A DNA stretch of 62,596 bases, filler included, from 9 parts of 9 records of this genome joined end to end with filler, not necessarily neighbours in it, one strand, 5' to 3'. Shown: positions 32,213 to 43,618, counted from the whole stretch's first letter. The notes: generated by a model not told the origin, from the letters alone. Numbers and translations: made by a program.

Positions 32213-34180
32213 ATTATCTCCAATAAACTTAAGAAGTACACAGGAAGAATCAATGCATCGCAAACAGGTCTTAACGATAAACTTAAAATTGGTTTAAACA
32301 TGACCTATGCAAAAATAGAAGAAGACAACACGCCTATTTCTTCAAATATTAATAATGAAGGAGGTAACATATTAAAAGATGCCATCCGCTGGGCGCCAAC
32401 ATTACCAATTTATAACGATGATGGTTCGTATTATCAGATTGGTGAATTACGTGTCAATCCTGTATCATGGCAAGATGTTGATGATGAAAGGGTGACCAAT
32501 TTATTTTTAGGAAATGCACAACTTTCCTATGAAATTCTTCCTTCTTTATCGTACAATGTTAACATTGGTTATTCTGATGAATCAATCGAGCGTTATACGA
32601 ATGTGCCCAATACCCACCCCGCAGGAGAAACAGAAGGTGGCAGGGCATCATTAAACAAGCACAGGAATACTAGCCCAATGATTGAAACCAACTTCAATTT
32701 TCAAAAAGAAATGGGTAGCCACTCAATTGGTGTTATGGCAGGTTATTCATTCCAGAAATTTATTTCATCGTATAACTTTACTGCCGTAAATCAATTGGTT
32801 TCGAGTGATACAAAATGGAACCTGGTTCAATCGGGTACATTGCAGGCCAACACTTCGTATAAATCAGAAAACAGGTTATCATCATTTTACGGTCGTTTCA
32901 ATTACAAACTTCTTGATCGCTACCTTGTTACTTTCACCCTTAGAAATGATGGATCGAGTAGGTTTGGGGAAAACAATAAATACGGTTTATTCCCGTCAAC
33001 TGCACTTGCATGGAATATTTCCGATGAAGATTTTTTCAATGTTAACGCCATTAGTAATTTAAAACTAAGATTGGGTTGGGGTGTTACCGGTAACCAGGAA
33101 ATACCTAATGATTTATTCAGGCAACAATTAACAGTTTCCGGATCAAGCATTTATTACTTAGGTGGAATGGCCATACCAAGCGTTTTACCAAGTAATTATC
33201 AAAATGACGATTTACAATGGGAAGAAACAACACAATCGAACCTGGGTATTGATATCTCCTTATTTAATGGAAGACTTGGAGGTGCTATCGATCTTTATAA
33301 AAAGTATACAGATAACCTATTATTACAATTTTCAACAGCATCGCCATCAGTTGTTACAACACAATGGGCTAACGTAGGTGAAGTAGAAAACAAAGGTTTT
33401 GAATTGACCATTGATGCAAAAGTTGTAAGAAATCAAGAATTCCAATGGAATGCTATGGCTGTATTTGCAAAAAACACAAACGAGGTGATAACGCTGTCAA
33501 ACGATCAATTCTCTCGTGATGAAATAAAAATAGCCAAGACCTCAGGTGTTGTAAGTAATGGAAGCTCCGTACAAATTATTAAACCAGGTTTGCCATTAGG
33601 CACATTCTGGGGAAGAAAATTCACCGGATATGATGCAGACGGTATGGAAACATATTTAGATGCCGATGGTGATGGTACAGCAGACGAAGTTGAAATCGGC
33701 AATGCCCAACCTGATTTTACGTATGGAATCACAAACACATTCTATTATAAAAACTTCGATTTATCTATTAGCTTAAGAGGTGTTTATGGTAATGACGTAT
33801 ACAACAACACAGCGGCAGAATTTTCTTATAAAAATGCAGCACCTGGTACAAATATCCTTGAATCAGCGTTAGACAGCCCGGCTAGCAGGGCACAAATTTC
33901 TGAGTTCTCTTCACAATGGATTGAAGATGCAAGCTATATAAGACTCGATAACTTAAGCCTTGGATACCAGTTCGATGTGCAAAATATTGATTTTCTATCG
34001 AGAGCAAGAATCTATTTAACAGGACAAAACTTATTTGTTATAACGGATTATACAGGATTCGATCCGGAAGTTAGGACAAATACAAATGGAAATTCAACAA
34101 GTCCTGCGGCGATGGGAATCGATTACCTGGCATATCCCAGACCCAGGGTAATTATGATTGGTGCAAGCGTAGCATTTTAA
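32213..34180 (+). CDS. SusC/RagA-family TonB-dependent transporter (5'-truncated)
   Basis: RNDGSSRFGENNKYGLFPS, LKLRLGWGVTGNQ, LQWEET, YTGFDPE, YPRPR...F C-terminus. Confidence 0.95.
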   Translation: MISNKLKKYTGRINASQTGLNDKLKIGLNMTYAKIEEDNTPISSNINNEGGNILKDAIRWAPTLPIYNDDGSYYQIGELRVNPVSWQDVDDERVTNLFLGNAQLSYEILPSLSYNVNIGYSDESIERYTNVPNTHPAGETEGGRASLNKHRNTSPMIETNFNFQKEMGSHSIGVMAGYSFQKFISSYNFTAVNQLVSSDTKWNLVQSGTLQANTSYKSENRLSSFYGRFNYKLLDRYLVTFTLRNDGSSRFGENNKYGLFPSTALAWNISDEDFFNVNAISNLKLRLGWGVTGNQEIPNDLFRQQLTVSGSSIYYLGGMAIPSVLPSNYQNDDLQWEETTQSNLGIDISLFNGRLGGAIDLYKKYTDNLLLQFSTASPSVVTTQWANVGEVENKGFELTIDAKVVRNQEFQWNAMAVFAKNTNEVITLSNDQFSRDEIKIAKTSGVVSNGSSVQIIKPGLPLGTFWGRKFTGYDADGMETYLDADGDGTADEVEIGNAQPDFTYGITNTFYYKNFDLSISLRGVYGNDVYNNTAAEFSYKNAAPGTNILESALDSPASRAQISEFSSQWIEDASYIRLDNLSLGYQFDVQNIDFLSRARIYLTGQNLFVITDYTGFDPEVRTNTNGNSTSPAAMGIDYLAYPRPRVIMIGASVAF

Positions 34181-34209
34181 TATGAATTAACTAAAACTTT
34201 TAGAATATC

Positions 34210-35790
34210 ATGAAAAAGAAAATATATAAATTAAGCTCAAAAGTAGCATTGATATTAACCCTAGGTTTTTTCATGCTTCCGAGTTGCGAATTAGATAATG
34301 AGGTATACTCGGTTTATACCCCAGACAATTTTTATAGTACAGATTTTCAGGTCTTATCATCTTTATCAGGGGTATACAGAAGCTTTGCAGGCATCCCCAC
34401 TTTTGGTGCACCATACAGGGTTATTGAACTTTGTACAGACCAGGTTGTGGTACATGGTAAAATCCAGGGATGGTGGGCAAATAGCAATTTTGAACAATTG
34501 GCAGAACATAAATGGGATGCCGACCATGGTTATGTAAGTAGCATGTGGAATACTTTGTTTGGAACAGTAGGACAAACCAATGCACTAATACCTGTTTTAG
34601 AAAGTTCAGAATTAGAGTCCGCGAAAGTTGCAACATCAGAGTTACTGGCTCTTCGTGCATATGCATATTTCTATTTAATGGATTTATTTGGTAACGTACC
34701 TGTATTCACCCTCCCGAAAGTTGATCCTCTTAATCTACCTACTCAAAATACAAGGCAAGAAGTTTTCAATTTTGTTGTAAGTCAGATGAAATTAGCTGCT
34801 GAAGGTCTTCCTTCTCAAAATGATGTAGGATCAGAGTATTACGGACGCCTTACTAAAGAAGCTGCGTATGGTCTTTTAGCAACTACATATTTAAATGCCG
34901 AGGTATATACAGGTACTGCAAAATATGACAGTGCTGTATTTTTTGCCCAAAAGGTTATAGATTCTGAAGCATTTATTTTATTGCCCGAATATTTCGATAA
35001 TTTCACCCCGGATAATGAAGAAAATGATGAGTTGATATTTGGTGGTGTATATACACCTGACATTGCCGGGGGCCCGGGTCATCCAATTGTTCAAAAAGTA
35101 CTTCCTGGTATAACTGGTGGTTTATTCGGACTACCTTACACCCCTCAAAATGGATTTGGTACCAGACCTTCAGTTGTTGAGAAATACGAAGACGGAGACG
35201 TTAGAAAGGAAATGTTCCTAATGCCTGGACCTTTACTCGATCCAAGAAACGACGATACGGTATACGTTGAAAGGATTGTACCTGATGGAAATTCATCTTT
35301 ATATGTCCCAGGTGTTTCAACCGAAGGCCCTGTTCCTTACGAAATTATTAATGCTACAGGTATTAGGTTACAACCAATGAATGCCGGAATTAAATGGATT
35401 AAATGGCAATTAGACCCAAATACGAATGGTGGTAATGCAGGTAACGATATTGCATTCTTGCGTTATGCTGATATCCTCTTAATTAAAGCTGAAGCCTTAT
35501 TTAGACAAGGAGGTGGAGCGAATGAAACTGCTGCCTTAGCAATCATCAATGAAATAAGGGAGCGTAGCAATGCTTCAACACTTAGTACGCTAACACTTGA
35601 TGATATTTTGGATGAAAGAGGACGTGAACTTGCATTCGAGATGAAACGAAGAACCGACTTAATAAGGTTCGGTAAATTTGGAGGCACATGGGAATTTAAG
35701 GAAGCTTCTGAATCTTTTAGAACTATCTATCCAATTCCTAAATCTGCAATGGATGCTAATCCTAACCTTACACAAAACACAGGATACTAG
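34210..35790 (+). CDS. SusD/RagB-family lipoprotein
   Basis: Lipobox LPSC; LRAYAYFYLMDLFGNVP, RYADILLIKAEA, ERGRELAFEMKRRTDLIRFG, NPNLTQNTGY. Confidence 0.95.
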   Translation: MKKKIYKLSSKVALILTLGFFMLPSCELDNEVYSVYTPDNFYSTDFQVLSSLSGVYRSFAGIPTFGAPYRVIELCTDQVVVHGKIQGWWANSNFEQLAEHKWDADHGYVSSMWNTLFGTVGQTNALIPVLESSELESAKVATSELLALRAYAYFYLMDLFGNVPVFTLPKVDPLNLPTQNTRQEVFNFVVSQMKLAAEGLPSQNDVGSEYYGRLTKEAAYGLLATTYLNAEVYTGTAKYDSAVFFAQKVIDSEAFILLPEYFDNFTPDNEENDELIFGGVYTPDIAGGPGHPIVQKVLPGITGGLFGLPYTPQNGFGTRPSVVEKYEDGDVRKEMFLMPGPLLDPRNDDTVYVERIVPDGNSSLYVPGVSTEGPVPYEIINATGIRLQPMNAGIKWIKWQLDPNTNGGNAGNDIAFLRYADILLIKAEALFRQGGGANETAALAIINEIRERSNASTLSTLTLDDILDERGRELAFEMKRRTDLIRFGKFGGTWEFKEASESFRTIYPIPKSAMDANPNLTQNTGY

Positions 35791-35820
35791 GCTAAATTAG
35801 AATCGTTCAATATTTTCGAC

Positions 35821-35860
35821 AAAAGGGGTGGTAGCTGTTTAACAGTTACTGCCCCTTTTT
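35821..35860 (+). terminator. Intrinsic terminator/stabilising hairpin after susD
   Basis: AAAAGGGGTGGTAGCTGTT-T-AACAGTTACTGCCCCTTTTT. Confidence 0.7.
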
Positions 35861-35930
35861 AATATTAAATATCTTAATATATTCGCAGGCTCAATAATCA
35901 ATAATTGTCAATCATTAAAAATTAATTACT

Positions 35931-38336
35931 ATGATTAGAAAAGAAATTATTTTCATAATCACAGGATTACTGCTTTTATTCAATAATCCGATTACGAGCC
36001 AAACAAAAAATAACGCAAAGCCCATTTACCTTGACTCGTCAGCAACCATCGAAACCAGGGTTGATGATCTACTTAAACGAATGACCCTGAAAGAAAAAAT
36101 CGGCCAGATTACAGTTCTATTGGGTTGGGACATGTATGAAAAAAATGGAAATAATGTTTCACATAGTAGCCATTTTGAAAATGCCATCCAGGAACAAAAT
36201 ACCGGAATGCTGTGGGCGACATTAAGAGCCGATCCATGGACACGTAAAACACTTACCACAGGATTAAATCCGAAACAAGCAGCGGAAGCAACAAATGCCA
36301 TGCAGAAATATGCCATCGAAAACTCACGGCTTGGCATTCCCATGCTTTTTGCGGAAGAATGCATGCATGGGCATATGGCCATTGGTACAACTGTGTTCCC
36401 AACTGCAATTGGCCAGGCAAGTACCTGGAATCCGGAATTAATAGAAAAAATGGCAGAAACCATTGCCATGGAAACCAGGCTGCAAGGTGGGCATATTGGT
36501 TATGGCCCCATTTTGGATGTAGCACGCGAACCACGTTGGTCGCGTGTTGAAGAAACATTTGGTGAAGACACGTATCTCATTGCACAAATTGGAGAGGCAA
36601 TGGTTAAAGGGTTTCAGGGTGAGAGTTTAAATAGTGGCGTAAATGTCGCATCGACCCTTAAACATTTCGCTGCCTATGGAATTACAGAAGGAGGACAAAA
36701 TGGTGGTGTCACAACATTGGGAGAAAAAGATTTATTCAATTATTACCTTCCACCCTTCAAAACTGCACTTGACGCTGGTGCATGGTCGGTAATGACTTCG
36801 TACAATTCACTGGATGGTATTCCATGTACATCCAATAAATATTTATTAACCGACGTGTTGCGCGGTCAATGGAACTTCGATGGATTTGTTATTTCTGATC
36901 TCGGAAGTATTGAAGGAATACATTATACGCACTTCGCTGCCAACACACCGGAAGATGCCGCTGCCTTGGCTCTAAATGCCGGCGTTGATGCTGACTTAGG
37001 TGGAAAAGGTTTTGGAAAAGAATTACATACTGCAATTGAAAAAGGTCTGGTAACCGAAGAACAAATTGATATCGCTGTAAAAAATGTACTTAGGCTTAAA
37101 TTTGAAATGGGATTATTTGAAAATCCATATGTTGAACCTTCTACAGCAAAAAAAGAAGTGCGCTCACCTCAAAATATTTCATTGGCACGAAAAGTAGCCA
37201 GAGAATCCGTTGTCCTTCTTAAAAATGAAAAATCAATTCTACCGCTTAGTAAAGATCTTAAAGAAATTGCTGTTATCGGCCCTAATGCTAATGTTCCTTA
37301 CAATCAACTTGGTGATTACACCGCACCGCAAGAAGAAGGTAACGTTGTTACGGTTTTACAAGGTATACGAAATAAAGTTGGTAAAACTGCAAACATAACT
37401 TATGTGAAAGGTTGCGCGATTCGAGACACCACAAATCTCACTATCAAAGAAGCAGTTGAAGCAGCTAAGAAAGCCGAAATTGCAGTTGTAGTACTTGGTG
37501 GGTCGAGTGCTCGTGATTTTAAAACAAGCTACCAAAGTACCGGTGCTGCAAGTGTTGAAATGAATAAAGAAGAAAAAATAAGCGATATGGAAAGTGGCGA
37601 AGGTTTCGATAGAAAAACACTGGGGCTGATGGGTAAACAATTGCAACTTGTCCAGGAAATCCAAAAAACAGGAACCCCGGTTGTTGTTGTACTTATAAAA
37701 GGAAGACCGCTTATTATAAATTGGATTAGTGAAAATGTCCCAGCTATACTTGATGCCTGGTATCCCGGACAAGAAGGCGGTAATGCAATCGCTGATATTT
37801 TGTTTGGTGACTATAATCCGGCTGGCCGTTTGCCTGTGTCTGTTCCAAAAAGTGTTGGACAATTACCTATATACTACAGCCATAAACCTCCAGCAAAACA
37901 CAATTATGTTGAAGGTGATGCACTTGCTCTTTATCCATTTGGTTATGGTTTGAGTTTTTCAACATTTGAATATTCCAATTTGAATATTGATGTGCTTGAA
38001 GAAAATAAAAGCTTAAATGTTCAAATTTCATTTACAATAAAAAACACAAGTGAAATTGATGGTGATGAAGTGGCCCAGCTTTACATAAGGGATAAATTTA
38101 GTTCGGTAGTATTGCCATTAAAACAACTAAAAAGTTTTAAACGATTGCCAATAAAAGCAGGTGAAGAACAAAGGTTAGCTTTTAACCTAACCGAAAAAGA
38201 TTTAATGCTTTATAATCAAAATAGCGAATGGGTAACCGAGTCGGGGAGCTTTGAGATAATGATCGGCAGCTCATCTCAGGATATTCAATTAAAAGGTGAG
38301 TTTAGTATTGCAGAAACATATACTATAGCCTTTTAA
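35931..38336 (+). CDS. Glycoside hydrolase family 3 (beta-glucosidase/xylosidase, BglX-like)
   Basis: SRLGIP, REPRWSRVEETFGED, KHFAAYG, GFVISD nucleophile, AWYPGQEGG, YPFGYGLSF, Fn3-like C-terminus. Confidence 0.95.
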   Translation: MIRKEIIFIITGLLLLFNNPITSQTKNNAKPIYLDSSATIETRVDDLLKRMTLKEKIGQITVLLGWDMYEKNGNNVSHSSHFENAIQEQNTGMLWATLRADPWTRKTLTTGLNPKQAAEATNAMQKYAIENSRLGIPMLFAEECMHGHMAIGTTVFPTAIGQASTWNPELIEKMAETIAMETRLQGGHIGYGPILDVAREPRWSRVEETFGEDTYLIAQIGEAMVKGFQGESLNSGVNVASTLKHFAAYGITEGGQNGGVTTLGEKDLFNYYLPPFKTALDAGAWSVMTSYNSLDGIPCTSNKYLLTDVLRGQWNFDGFVISDLGSIEGIHYTHFAANTPEDAAALALNAGVDADLGGKGFGKELHTAIEKGLVTEEQIDIAVKNVLRLKFEMGLFENPYVEPSTAKKEVRSPQNISLARKVARESVVLLKNEKSILPLSKDLKEIAVIGPNANVPYNQLGDYTAPQEEGNVVTVLQGIRNKVGKTANITYVKGCAIRDTTNLTIKEAVEAAKKAEIAVVVLGGSSARDFKTSYQSTGAASVEMNKEEKISDMESGEGFDRKTLGLMGKQLQLVQEIQKTGTPVVVVLIKGRPLIINWISENVPAILDAWYPGQEGGNAIADILFGDYNPAGRLPVSVPKSVGQLPIYYSHKPPAKHNYVEGDALALYPFGYGLSFSTFEYSNLNIDVLEENKSLNVQISFTIKNTSEIDGDEVAQLYIRDKFSSVVLPLKQLKSFKRLPIKAGEEQRLAFNLTEKDLMLYNQNSEWVTESGSFEIMIGSSSQDIQLKGEFSIAETYTIAF

Positions 38337-38409
38337 TAGTAAAAAATAAATATCTGAAAGAGGCTATCTAAAAAGCGTACATATTGCTAAAATAGTTCTC
38401 GACTTCGCT

Positions 38410-38509
38410 NNNNNNNNNNNNNNNNNNNNNNNNNNNNNNNNNNNNNNNNNNNNTTAATTAATTAANNNNNNNNNNNNNNNNNNNNNNNNNNNNNNNNNNN
38501 NNNNNNNNN
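38410..38509. other. Artificial contig linker
   Basis: N-run + TTAATTAATTAA + N-run. Confidence 0.97.
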
Positions 38510-38973
38510 GGCACGATCTCCACACTGTCTTCGTTTTCATACACGGTAACATCTCTACGATCCATATACCCCTTGCTTCTTAAAAATAGCACGATGTCAT
38601 CCAATGTCTCGTCGTTTTGGCTTATCGCGGTTACATTTACCATGTTGTGCTGAAAATACACGTCCGTATACCGCCGTGCGATCTCGCGCTCCAGAGCGTT
38701 AAAAAACACCGGGCGGTGCAGAACGTATATGGGCTTTTTGGCTATCCCCGCTGATGCCGCCGCGCCGTTCTCACCGATCACGACCGCACGCATAAGCCCA
38801 ATGCCTCTCATCAACCCCTCTAGCCCAAGACATGATAAGCCAGATGCGATACAAATTGTATTCCCCGCGGTCTCCATCTCTCTGAGCGCTTCGGATATAT
38901 GCCGTCCCATCGGCGCACCGCATGGTGCAAGCGTTCCGTCTACATCAAATACTAATATATTTTCGTCAATCAT
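38510..38973 (-). CDS. HAD-superfamily hydrolase (Cof-like, 3'-truncated)
   Basis: FDVDGTL motif I, IASG motif II, IGENGA. Confidence 0.88.
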
Positions 38974-39003
38974 TTCAACCCATCCTTATGATTTTTCTTG
39001 TCC

Positions 39004-40371
39004 TTAATTTAAGCTTTCTGAATAACTCTTTTCTGCAATTGGCATCATCTTCTGTGCATACAACAGCCCCTGAAGCGCTTGCTGCGTATACGGCGACGGA
39101 GGCATCTTATGCAGTACCTCTATCGAATATGCAATGTCTGCGCACTTGACCGTCTTTGCAATCTCGTCGGTATTGACAACAGCCAGATACTGCGCCCAGT
39201 TTTCTCCCGGCGCGACCGTCAACACCTTCGCCGCTTGGCATACATCCTCATCAAAGCCGCGACGCCGCAGTCCTATTAGTGAAATCTTGCCACCTGCGCA
39301 TACATCCTGCAAAAACGCTGCCGTTTTAAGCTTGACGCTTTGCATTCGGTCAACCACAGCGCATGCATGGTTAAAATACGGCGAACCGTCAAAATCGAAC
39401 CGACGTACCAATGCAAACGATGCAATGCGGCGTGCCTTTTGCACTTGCCACTCGTCCCTTTGTATACGGCGCACGAGACGTTTTTTACCTACAAAAAGTA
39501 TGCCTGCGATCACGATCATAAAAAGCGCGATGTATGCCAAGTATTCAGCACTGCCAACAATATCCGCTTCGGGCGCTTCCGTGATGGCTACGGAGCGAAC
39601 CACCGAATAGTCGATCGTCACGCCGCCGGTGTCAATTGGTGAAATAAGACCCGACGTAAAATTCCACATGGTATGAATGCCGCACGCCCCGAAAAGGCTG
39701 CCCGTTCGTATCGTATACAGAGCAAGCAATGCTCCCAATAAAAAGATCGTCAACATGGATAATATTGATTGCCCGCCGTTCGCAATATGCATTAACGCAA
39801 ATACTGCCGACGACAGCATTACGCTGCCCAGCGCGCCGATTCGCTGTGCCAAAAAAGGTATCAGGTATCCGCGAAACAACAGCTCTTCCGCTGACGCCTG
39901 CACCACAAACGCCAGCAAGTAAAGTGCGACAACCGGCTCTATTCCGACAAACACAATGGGCTCCGATAAAAGCGCCGGAACCATAAACACGGATATAAGA
40001 CCAAGCCCGATCAACAATCCAAGCGCGTATTGACCAAGCCAGCTTCGCGATTTTATACCCATAACTGATATCGGCTGCCTGTTGATGAACCGTACTAAAA
40101 TCAACGTGATCACAGTCAATATTGCAAAAGAAATCAAAATAGTCAATATGGCTTCATGCGTTGCCAGTGTATTATACATCTCTATCATCATTTCGTTGAA
40201 ATCACCCCTCAGCGTTACCGAAGTAAAAACATACACCGCTAAAATGATAACTTGTCCGAGGCTGAATATTATGAAAACCAGCAACGCGATCATCACTGTC
40301 ACAAACGCATTTGGCGCGTATCTTCCGTGCGGCATCATTGTCTCGGGGTATCGTAGAATTACTTTATCCAT
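39004..40371 (-). CDS. CPBP/CAAX (Abi) intramembrane metalloprotease fused to a C-terminal degenerate HD (RelA/SpoT hydrolase-like) domain
   Basis: EELLFRG, FALMH and HTMWN motifs; C-terminal GSPYFNH...AAFLQD...GF...VLT...KTVKCAD; ATG at 40371 after GGAG. Confidence 0.8.
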   Translation of the reverse strand: MDKVILRYPETMMPHGRYAPNAFVTVMIALLVFIIFSLGQVIILAVYVFTSVTLRGDFNEMMIEMYNTLATHEAILTILISFAILTVITLILVRFINRQPISVMGIKSRSWLGQYALGLLIGLGLISVFMVPALLSEPIVFVGIEPVVALYLLAFVVQASAEELLFRGYLIPFLAQRIGALGSVMLSSAVFALMHIANGGQSILSMLTIFLLGALLALYTIRTGSLFGACGIHTMWNFTSGLISPIDTGGVTIDYSVVRSVAITEAPEADIVGSAEYLAYIALFMIVIAGILFVGKKRLVRRIQRDEWQVQKARRIASFALVRRFDFDGSPYFNHACAVVDRMQSVKLKTAAFLQDVCAGGKISLIGLRRRGFDEDVCQAAKVLTVAPGENWAQYLAVVNTDEIAKTVKCADIAYSIEVLHKMPPSPYTQQALQGLLYAQKMMPIAEKSYSESLN

Positions 40372-40675
40372 TTCTGCTCCCGTCAAAATATTAATATACT
40401 TATATTACCATAGACAGTTACGTTTGAATATGCGAAAATTGTAAATAATATATATGCATGCAATATAGAATAGCGATTTACATTCACAGCTATTTACAGC
40501 GAATCAATAGCCTCTTCGCATAAACAGCCGATTACACTCATTATATCATTTCGCCTATTTGAACAACCACTCCACCAACGTCGCGTTGGCGAGAAATAAC
40601 ACCCCCGTGTTTGCGTGCTGTATCAGTGTATGATACGATATACGCACAAACATTCAGTACGCAGGGAGCCATACT

Positions 40676-41788
40676 ATGATTAACAAAAAGATCAGAAAAT
40701 TAGCAGATATCATAATAGATCACAGCTTGGGAATATCAAGCGGCGACCGTCTCATGATCGAAGGCTCGCCTGGCTCAAAACCACTCGTAATGGCACTCAT
40801 CGACGCAGCATATCAGCGCGGTGCAATTCCTTTTGCGCGTATCACAGACGAAGAAATCGAACGTATGCTGCTGCAAAACGCAAACGAGTATGGACTAAAA
40901 ACGTTTTTCGATTGGGAAATGAACATGTTCGAAGACATTGATGCCAACGTTTTTATCGCAGAATATGAAAACGATGCGGAGTTTTCGGCGATATCGCCCC
41001 AAACCATGCAGATGCGTTCACGTTTGCGCAAGCCGCTTATTGACTATATCATTAAAAACAAAAAGTGGGTGCTCCTAAACTGGCCGACCAAGGCGCTGGC
41101 ACAAAAATCTCGCATGCCGTATCAGGAATTCTACGACTTCGTCTTAGACGCGTCCAGTCTTGATTATTCAAAGCTTGAAGTCGCAATGCAGCCGCTCTGC
41201 CAGCTTATGCGTAAAACAGACAGAGTCCACATTAAAAGCAAAGACACTGACCTGACGTTTTCGATACGGAACATTCCATGCGTCGCCTGTGCGGGAGAAA
41301 ACAACCTGCCCGACGGCGAGGTGTTCACCGCACCCGTGCGCGACAGCGTTAATGGCAGAATCACATACAACACACCGTGCCCATATCATGGGCAGGTCTA
41401 CCAAAACGTCTGCCTGGAGTTCGAAAACGGCAAAATCATACACGCCACCGCAGCAGAAAACAGCGATAAGCTAAACGCCATCTTTGACACAGACGAAGGC
41501 GCTCGGTATGTCGGCGAATTTGCGCTTGGCGTCAACCCAATTATCACGCGCGCGTTCGGCAACATCCTTTTCGACGAGAAGATCATGGGCTCGCTGCACT
41601 TCACACCGGGCAGCGCGTACGAAGACGATGCCGACAACGGTAACCGCAGCGGTATTCACTGGGACATGGTTCTCATCCAAACGCCCGAATACGGCGGTGG
41701 CGAGATATGGTTCGATGACGTCCTCGTCCGCAAAGACGGCGATTTCGTCCTGCCCGAGCTGTTTGCACTGAATGCGAAGAATAGATAA
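40676..41788 (+). CDS. Aminopeptidase, family M29 (AmpS/PepS-like)
   Basis: NLPDGEVFTAP, DEGARYVGEFALG, LFDEKI.GSLHFTPG.AY, NRSGIHWDMV. Confidence 0.92.
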   Translation: MINKKIRKLADIIIDHSLGISSGDRLMIEGSPGSKPLVMALIDAAYQRGAIPFARITDEEIERMLLQNANEYGLKTFFDWEMNMFEDIDANVFIAEYENDAEFSAISPQTMQMRSRLRKPLIDYIIKNKKWVLLNWPTKALAQKSRMPYQEFYDFVLDASSLDYSKLEVAMQPLCQLMRKTDRVHIKSKDTDLTFSIRNIPCVACAGENNLPDGEVFTAPVRDSVNGRITYNTPCPYHGQVYQNVCLEFENGKIIHATAAENSDKLNAIFDTDEGARYVGEFALGVNPIITRAFGNILFDEKIMGSLHFTPGSAYEDDADNGNRSGIHWDMVLIQTPEYGGGEIWFDDVLVRKDGDFVLPELFALNAKNR

Positions 41789-41992
41789 TCATCAGTTGTT
41801 GCGTAGATTCTCTGCGCAACACGTCCGTTTATTTGATATATATATCCTGCCATGTACGAAACAACCAGTTTATAAATCAACATAGCAATGCTAACCGCTT
41901 GATGATGGACGTTTCTGTTTGAATATGTTTCTTATGTGTTACCTATAGATATAGAATTTGATTTGTTTTAATTGATATGAAAGAGGATATTT

Positions 41993-43618
41993 ATGCAAAG
42001 ACATAATGATTATAGAAAGCTGTATTTTCGTTCAGCCTTTTATTTTTTATTAATATTTTTTGTTTCTTCCACAATCGTATTTATAAACGCTTTTTATAGC
42101 GAAAAAGAACGCACAGAGTTGATTCGCGAAGAAGTCCTTCATAATGAGGAATCCATAATGAGCCTTGAAGCTTCATTACTTGGAAACGAAATGGACATGG
42201 TGATATCAGACCTTATCTACTTGTCCGAAACATATGAAATGAATATAACTCAACAATATGATGATATTCCTATCGTCCACAAGTGGCTTCCTTTTGCAAA
42301 AACGAATCAATACTACGATAACATTACGTTTATCGACGCTTACGGTAGAGAACTTATTAGGATTGAGCAATTAGCTGACGCTACAGTCTCAGTAGATGCA
42401 TCAAAACTTGAAAGCCATGTTGACGATCCGAATTTTATTGAAACAACAAAACTTGAAGAAAACAAAATATACATCTCAGAAATACAGCCGGAAAAAACAC
42501 TGGATTCTACTAGCCAGCATAAACCTGTTTTATATATTTCAACGCCGATATATATCGACCAAGAGTTTTGTGGTGTCGTGATGCTTAGTTATCGACTTAG
42601 CAAACTGTTTGAGGAATACAATACCCTTGCAGAGAATAGCTACGGAACAGTATACTTTGTGAATGCAGACGGCAAATATATCGTAAGCGAAAATATGGAA
42701 CAAGGCATAACAGACAATCAATCGCAACAGATCATTGATTCATTTCCAATTGACTATGAACAAGAATGGGAAAAAATGAACACATCCGATGAATCGTTCG
42801 AAACCACCAACGGGTTGTTTACCAAAGCTGATATTTTCCCGTCCGGCTGGCTAGAAAATAATTCTTATGCATCTATCAATTACAGCATTGTTTCTAGCGA
42901 TAGTATATGGCGCATTATATCTCAAATATCCCCAGACAACGAAGACTACGGCCGCTATATCAATATCAAAGACAGCGATATAGCAAAATTCGTGCTCAAC
43001 GATAACAGCTTATTATTTATTTTACTCCTCCTCGCCGCGCTATTTATCACTGTACTGATTCATCTTAACGGCCGTCGCATCCAAAAAATCAAATATCATT
43101 CTGAGTATGATGATATGACTGGTGTTTATAACCGAAGAGTTGGTTTTGAACGGCTGGAAGCAAGCCTACAGGCAGCCTATGAATATTCCACACCGCTTAG
43201 CTTGTGCTATGCTGATATCGACGGTTTAAAGGATGTCAACGATACACTTGGTCACAACGCCGGAGATGAAATGATCGCGGCATTTGTACGTACCGCATCC
43301 AATGAAATCGACAGTTCCGACTATATCATCCGCATGGGCGGCGATGAGTTCGTTATCGTTTTTGTCGGCGCATCGTTATCTCAGGCAGAAGCTACATGGT
43401 CACGTATTATCAAACAACTAAACCATATTAACGAGACACAAGGCTATCCATTTGTGATCAGTCTCAGCCATGGTATAGTGCAGGCAAACGGCGCATCCGC
43501 CGACGCGTTGATTCGCATGTCTGACGAAAAGATGTATGCCGAGAAACGTCAAATTTCAAATAAGTTTTCGGCTATACGCAAAAACGCTCATACAATACAA
43601 AGCACCGAAGATTGTTAA
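41993..43618 (+). CDS. Sensor diguanylate cyclase (TM-Cache-TM-GGDEF)
   Basis: DDMTGVYNRR, DIDGLKDVNDTLGHNAGD, RMGGDEF. Confidence 0.92.
   Translation: MQRHNDYRKLYFRSAFYFLLIFFVSSTIVFINAFYSEKERTELIREEVLHNEESIMSLEASLLGNEMDMVISDLIYLSETYEMNITQQYDDIPIVHKWLPFAKTNQYYDNITFIDAYGRELIRIEQLADATVSVDASKLESHVDDPNFIETTKLEENKIYISEIQPEKTLDSTSQHKPVLYISTPIYIDQEFCGVVMLSYRLSKLFEEYNTLAENSYGTVYFVNADGKYIVSENMEQGITDNQSQQIIDSFPIDYEQEWEKMNTSDESFETTNGLFTKADIFPSGWLENNSYASINYSIVSSDSIWRIISQISPDNEDYGRYINIKDSDIAKFVLNDNSLLFILLLLAALFITVLIHLNGRRIQKIKYHSEYDDMTGVYNRRVGFERLEASLQAAYEYSTPLSLCYADIDGLKDVNDTLGHNAGDEMIAAFVRTASNEIDSSDYIIRMGGDEFVIVFVGASLSQAEATWSRIIKQLNHINETQGYPFVISLSHGIVQANGASADALIRMSDEKMYAEKRQISNKFSAIRKNAHTIQSTEDC

Noticed and set aside
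32213-38336. SusC/SusD/GH3 locus as a novel system
   Set aside because: It is an ordinary Bacteroidota polysaccharide utilisation locus fragment.
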